In this document: in pieces, positions 59,706 to 64,000 of the stretch | How positions within the stretch are numbered: position 1 is the stretch's first letter | How the letters are laid out: each line of letters begins with the position of its first letter | Source: Asterias rubens | Lineage: Eukaryota | Reading direction: 5' to 3' | DNA: 64,000 bases | Assembly (NCBI RefSeq): GCF_902459465.1 | Contig: NC_047066.1 | Span: forward strand, 6,200,001 to 6,264,000 | Program-made: the position numbers and the translations under genes | Notes under the pieces: generated by a model | Database searches by the model: none | What the model saw: only the letters and a program-made list of their open reading frames with translations | What the model was told of the DNA's origin: nothing

Positions 59706-60097
59706 TTAAAGACAGTGGACACTTTTGGTAATTTAATTACTCAAAATAATTATTAGCATAAAACCTTTCTTGGTGACGAGTAATGGGGAGAGGTTGATGG
59801 TATAAAACATTGTCAGAAACGGCTCCCTCTAAAGTGTCATAGTTTTCGAGAAAGAAGTAATTTTCCACGAATTTGATTTCGAGACCTCAGATTTAGAACT
59901 CGAGGTCCCGAAATCAACCATCTTAACGCCCACAACTTCGTGTGACAAGGGTGTTTTTTTCTTTCATTATTATCTCGCAAGTTCGATGACCGATTGAGCT
60001 CAATATTCACAGGTTTGTTATTTTATGCATTATGTTGAGATACACCAAGTGAGAAGACTGGTCTTTGACAATTACCAATAGTGTCCACTGCCTTTAA
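59706..60097. mobile_element. Family A MITE, full copy
   Basis: TTAAAGACAGTGGACAC ... GTGTCCACTGCCTTTAA. Confidence 0.85.
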
Positions 60098-62146
60098 GCG
60101 TTTTAGTGTGATATCACTGAAAATCTGGAGCTGTTATTTATGAATATAATGTATCCACGTGGAAGAATATTGCTTTGAATCGCTTTCTCTAAAACTACAT
60201 TCCTTTCGAAGGGAATGGTTTCTTAAATGGACATGCTTCTGATTAATACCAACTTCGTAAGGAAATTATAACTTTTAGTTTGTGAGTCATTACGGGCAAC
60301 CTGACCTCCTCACTTCAAAAGGTTGGCTTATCACTCTTTGGGAGATTATAATTAACCTAGGGAAATAAAGTTCAACATCCCTTTTTAAACGCTGGGCATA
60401 CTTTTGGTAATATTATTAAAGACCAGTATCCTCCAGTCACTCGGTGTATCTTAACATTTGTATCCTAAACTTTGTAGATTATTAACAGTGCCCAGATGAG
60501 TGAGAGAAGATTATCCTATTTGCAGTGGTCTCTTTAGCTCACAATACTAATTGCCACTGCAGGAAGCCATGGTATTGTCACACAAAAGAAATCCCTTTTT
60601 TGTTCCTTCAGCCTTTCGTTTCATAGCGTAGTACCAGCCATTCATCAATAACCATTTTTGACAATAACAAACTGCACCAGCTACCAATGTAGTTCTATTA
60701 TAAGCCCTATTCCAGAGTGCACTGCCTTGAGAACTTGGTGTGGGCCTACCTTGCATTTTACCCAAGGACACCAGGCTGTTATTTTTCTATAAGGTATTGA
60801 GTGGCTCAATGCACAGCACGCACCTATAAAATTCTTACCAATAAACTCTGATACTTAACTTTCCATTCCTGGCAAAGAACGTTTAATTTGTTCATGTATA
60901 TTATTATATTTTAAGCAGATTATGTTGACTTTTTCCCCATTATGTGTAATTTGCAGAACTGGTTGTATTGTTTTTATATTTTTGTGCATTTTTTAAATCT
61001 TGGTCTATTTTTTTTGGTTGATCATATTTGTTTTAGTAGGTATATAAAAGTACACTTGATTTTTCTTTGTTAGGTTTGCTGGAAGTACTTTTTAAAGGGT
61101 ATTCGCGTTTTGGTATTCCAACAGTTGTCAACATTTTAAAGTAAAAAACAAAAAAACATCATTTTTTTTTAAGTTACAACAACACCATTTTTTGGTTTCA
61201 CTCCAGTCCAGTATTATTGACTGCTATAGTTGCCATAATATTTATTTTCCTTTCAAATCTTGTGTTGTGGCATTGATGGCTTCTGTTGCCGCCAGTGGGT
61301 TGTTGGCGGTCTTGCCCTTTCAAAAGGTTCTACAAGACTTTCAAATTTGTCCAAATAAAAAATGGCATTGTATTGTAAGGTTAAAATTCCAGGCCTGTGT
61401 TTCTCTTATTGATTCTCCTTTAGAAATATGAACACTTATAAAAAAAAAGCTGCCACACTAATGTGTGAACAATAAAAAGAACAATTAGATAAAGGCTTCA
61501 CATTTTACCGTTCAGTTCCGTTTCTGTCAAACTATCCTATTAAATGCACTGAGGGCCTTATGTAAACAGAAGCTCATAAAAACATAATAACATGGGGCAT
61601 ACAATTGGTTTGGTAGCTCCTCCAGGGATTTAACTATAAAGGGATATGTCTGATTACTCTCCCTATTTCATGCTTCATAGAACATTAATTGGTTTTATAC
61701 CAACTTATGTCAGGTCAGGACCAGACAACAAAACCCAAAATATTTTTGTAAAATTTATGAAACCTTTGATATCCGAGCTATGCAAATATAACAAAATACA
61801 ATCATCACATTATAGCTCCTACAAATACTAATTCTGAAATATACAGGCATAGCTTCGGGGCATAATAAAACAGACAATGTAAAAAATTGTAAAAATTATG
61901 AAACCTTTGTTAATCGAAACAACTTTAAAAGAAACCATTGCAATCATCACATAGCTCCTTTAAATGTAAGGTTCTGGCATGGGCATCAAACACTCCATTG
62001 GAAGTTCATTAACCCATGGAGGTGTATTGAGATACCTTCTCAGCTTGAAGGAACAATGCAGAGAAGTTCTATATAATCACCTTTTGTATTGGCTACTTTT
62101 TGTGTCCCGTTATTTCTCTGGTCTTTGTATTGTACAGGGCTTTTTA

Positions 62147-62535
62147 TTAAAGGAACACATTGCCTTGGAGCGGATGAGTTGGTCCATTAAAAGTGTTTGT
62201 AACCGTTTGTTATAAAACGCATATGGTTAGAAAGATGTTTTAAAAGTAGAATACAATCATCCACACACATTTGCCTCGAAATTGTGTGGTTTTCTTCTTA
62301 CTTTGCGAACTAACACAGTCGGCCATTTATGGGAGTCAAAAATTTGACTCCCGTAAATTGCTGGCCGTGTTTGTCGCCGAGGTGAAAGGAAAACCACGCA
62401 ATTTCGAGTGATACTTGTGTGGATCATTGTATTCTACTTTATATAACATCTTTCCAACCATGCATTTCATAACAAACGGTAACAACCGCTTTTCAAAGAC
62501 CAACTCGACCGATCCAAGGCAAGGTGTTCCTTTAA
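62147..62535. mobile_element. Family D MITE
   Basis: TTAAAGGAACACATTGCCTTGG ... CCAAGGCAAGGTGTTCCTTTAA. Confidence 0.8.
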
Positions 62536-62802
62536 GTTACAGTGAGGCCATTCATGCAGTTCAGTTAGCCTTGACTTGAGATATAGTGTATACTGTAGGA
62601 GTGCACTGTTTGGTTTGGGTGTATACAGACAAGTTTACACAAACCTAATAGTGCTGCTTCAAAAAGGCTAATGGAGGTCAGGTTGGTTCCAAGGTCAAGG
62701 TAAACTCAGTTGTGATTCACTGATGGATTTTCCAATTTACAGAGTCCTTATGAAAATGGTAAATGAACTATACAAGTCTTGGTAAGACACTGTTGTAGAA
62801 TA

Positions 62803-62942
62803 GGAGACTTTCCAACGCTAGGTGGCAGCAGACATACCGGGTAAGTTTCCATTGTTTACGTAGTTCTGAACATGCGCATAATTCTGAGAACAATGGATTT
62901 ACCCGGTAAGTCTGCTGCCCTCTATCGTCCCAGAAAGTCTCC
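62803..62942. mobile_element. Palindromic MITE with GGAGACTTT termini
   Basis: Near-identical partial copy at 1-99; related termini at 27140-27265 and 9010-9135. Confidence 0.75.
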
Positions 62943-63768
62943 CATTGCAAAGGTTGTGGGTTCATATCCCACCAGAGTAATAATATATGCCCTGTGGTTT
63001 TTTTCACAGAGCTTGGGAAAGTACCGAGTATACAGTGCCAACACTTGTTGGTGTATTAGGGTAAAACCAAAATCAATGAACTACAGGTCACTAAAAGGGT
63101 TGTAATAGTGGCGCTGTTTGCCTTCAAGTTCAAAAACCTTTGATGACGTTTGGTTCAAACAATATGTTTGAACCAAACAGTTCGATGATGTCATGTTTCA
63201 GATACTCTCTGAAAAGGTATTAAATAAGATGATATAAACACTGTTTGATTGTGCGGTTGTTAAAAGTTATCTGCAATGATGACGTTTCGAGCATCAAACT
63301 AATCATAATGTTGGTTTAGAAATCCTGTCTAAGTGCACACAAATCTTGCTAAGCAGAAGTAGGTTACCTGCCAACCTGTTTGCACTGTTGTACAGCTGTG
63401 GTGTCCTGTCGACATTTAAGTCTTAGCAATTATTTTCTAGTCAACATTTTTGGTTTTGGGCATCATTTGGTCTCACAAGAGGTTATTATCTCTGCTTTGT
63501 TATTAAACCTTTGGACTTCAGAGTCTAATATTGTGAAGTTATACAATAATAAAAAAGATAAGATAGCTGGCTTCCATCCATTTGAACTGCCCTTGATTTA
63601 GTATGAAGTTCTTATAGTTTAAACAAAAACAACTTCATGTGCTGTACAGACATTTGCTTTTTCAGCTACCTGTTTTTTTTCTTTTAGAAGGAGAAACAAA
63701 TTATTATATTCACAAAGTTTTCCTGTTTTTTCTTTGAAATTTAGAACTTCAATTAATTCAGGGGGAGA

Positions 63769-63822
63769 ATGAGTGGGCGTGTCGGAGACTTAAGTCCAAA
63801 GCAGGAGGAGACCTTGAAATTG
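63769..63822 (+). CDS. SEC14L2: First coding exon of a SEC14-like lipid-binding protein (SEC14L2/3/4 family); gene continues beyond the window
   Basis: ATG..TTG|GTAAGT encodes MSGRVGDLSPKQEETLKL, close to the human SEC14L2 N-terminus MSGRVGDLSPRQKEALAK. Upstream acceptor ttctttgaaatttag at 63744. The paralog cannot be assigned from 18 aa. Confidence 0.82.
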
Positions 63823-64000
63823 GTAAGTGTTTGTCTTTATGTTTTTTTTTTTAATTCTTTTTTAATCTTCTGACAATACTAGTCCAGGGTAATATAATTT
63901 TCTTCTGTTGTTAGTATTTATAGAGTGATGCGGTGGAATCTTCTGCCAACATGCTATCAATTTGGAGCAAACACTAGGGCACACCACTGCACTTTCTTGC

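Overview
AT-rich eukaryotic genomic DNA with canonical GT-AG introns, probably from an invertebrate deuterostome. The MITE families look sea-star/echinoderm-like to me; that assignment is inference. Three protein-coding genes were assembled by hand. (1) A complete 8-coding-exon GPR143/OA1-like GPCR on the minus strand (3813-14361, about 408 aa). (2) A complete 29-coding-exon HELZ2-like gene on the minus strand (21991-54315, about 3586 aa): Zn fingers, SF1B helicase 1, a repeat-rich linker, cold-shock/RNB exoribonuclease with an intact catalytic motif, and SF1B helicase 2. (3) The first coding exon of a SEC14L2/3/4-like gene on the plus strand (63769-63822), head-to-head with HELZ2 across a roughly 0.9-kb shared promoter. 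Introns are packed with non-autonomous TTAA-flanked (Kolobok-like) MITEs, hairpin MITEs and tRNA-derived SINE fragments. The most interesting observations are: the HELZ2 linker (PAM2 motif, SERBP1-like DxDD..FPxL motif, 12-copy higher-order ESIAKV repeat, all inside one 4.8-kb exon); kappaB sites at the HELZ2 promoter; a MITF/TFE E-box cluster upstream of GPR143; and two families of degenerate minimal hammerhead-ribozyme motifs. Exon boundaries were read manually and need RNA-seq confirmation. No database searches were run.
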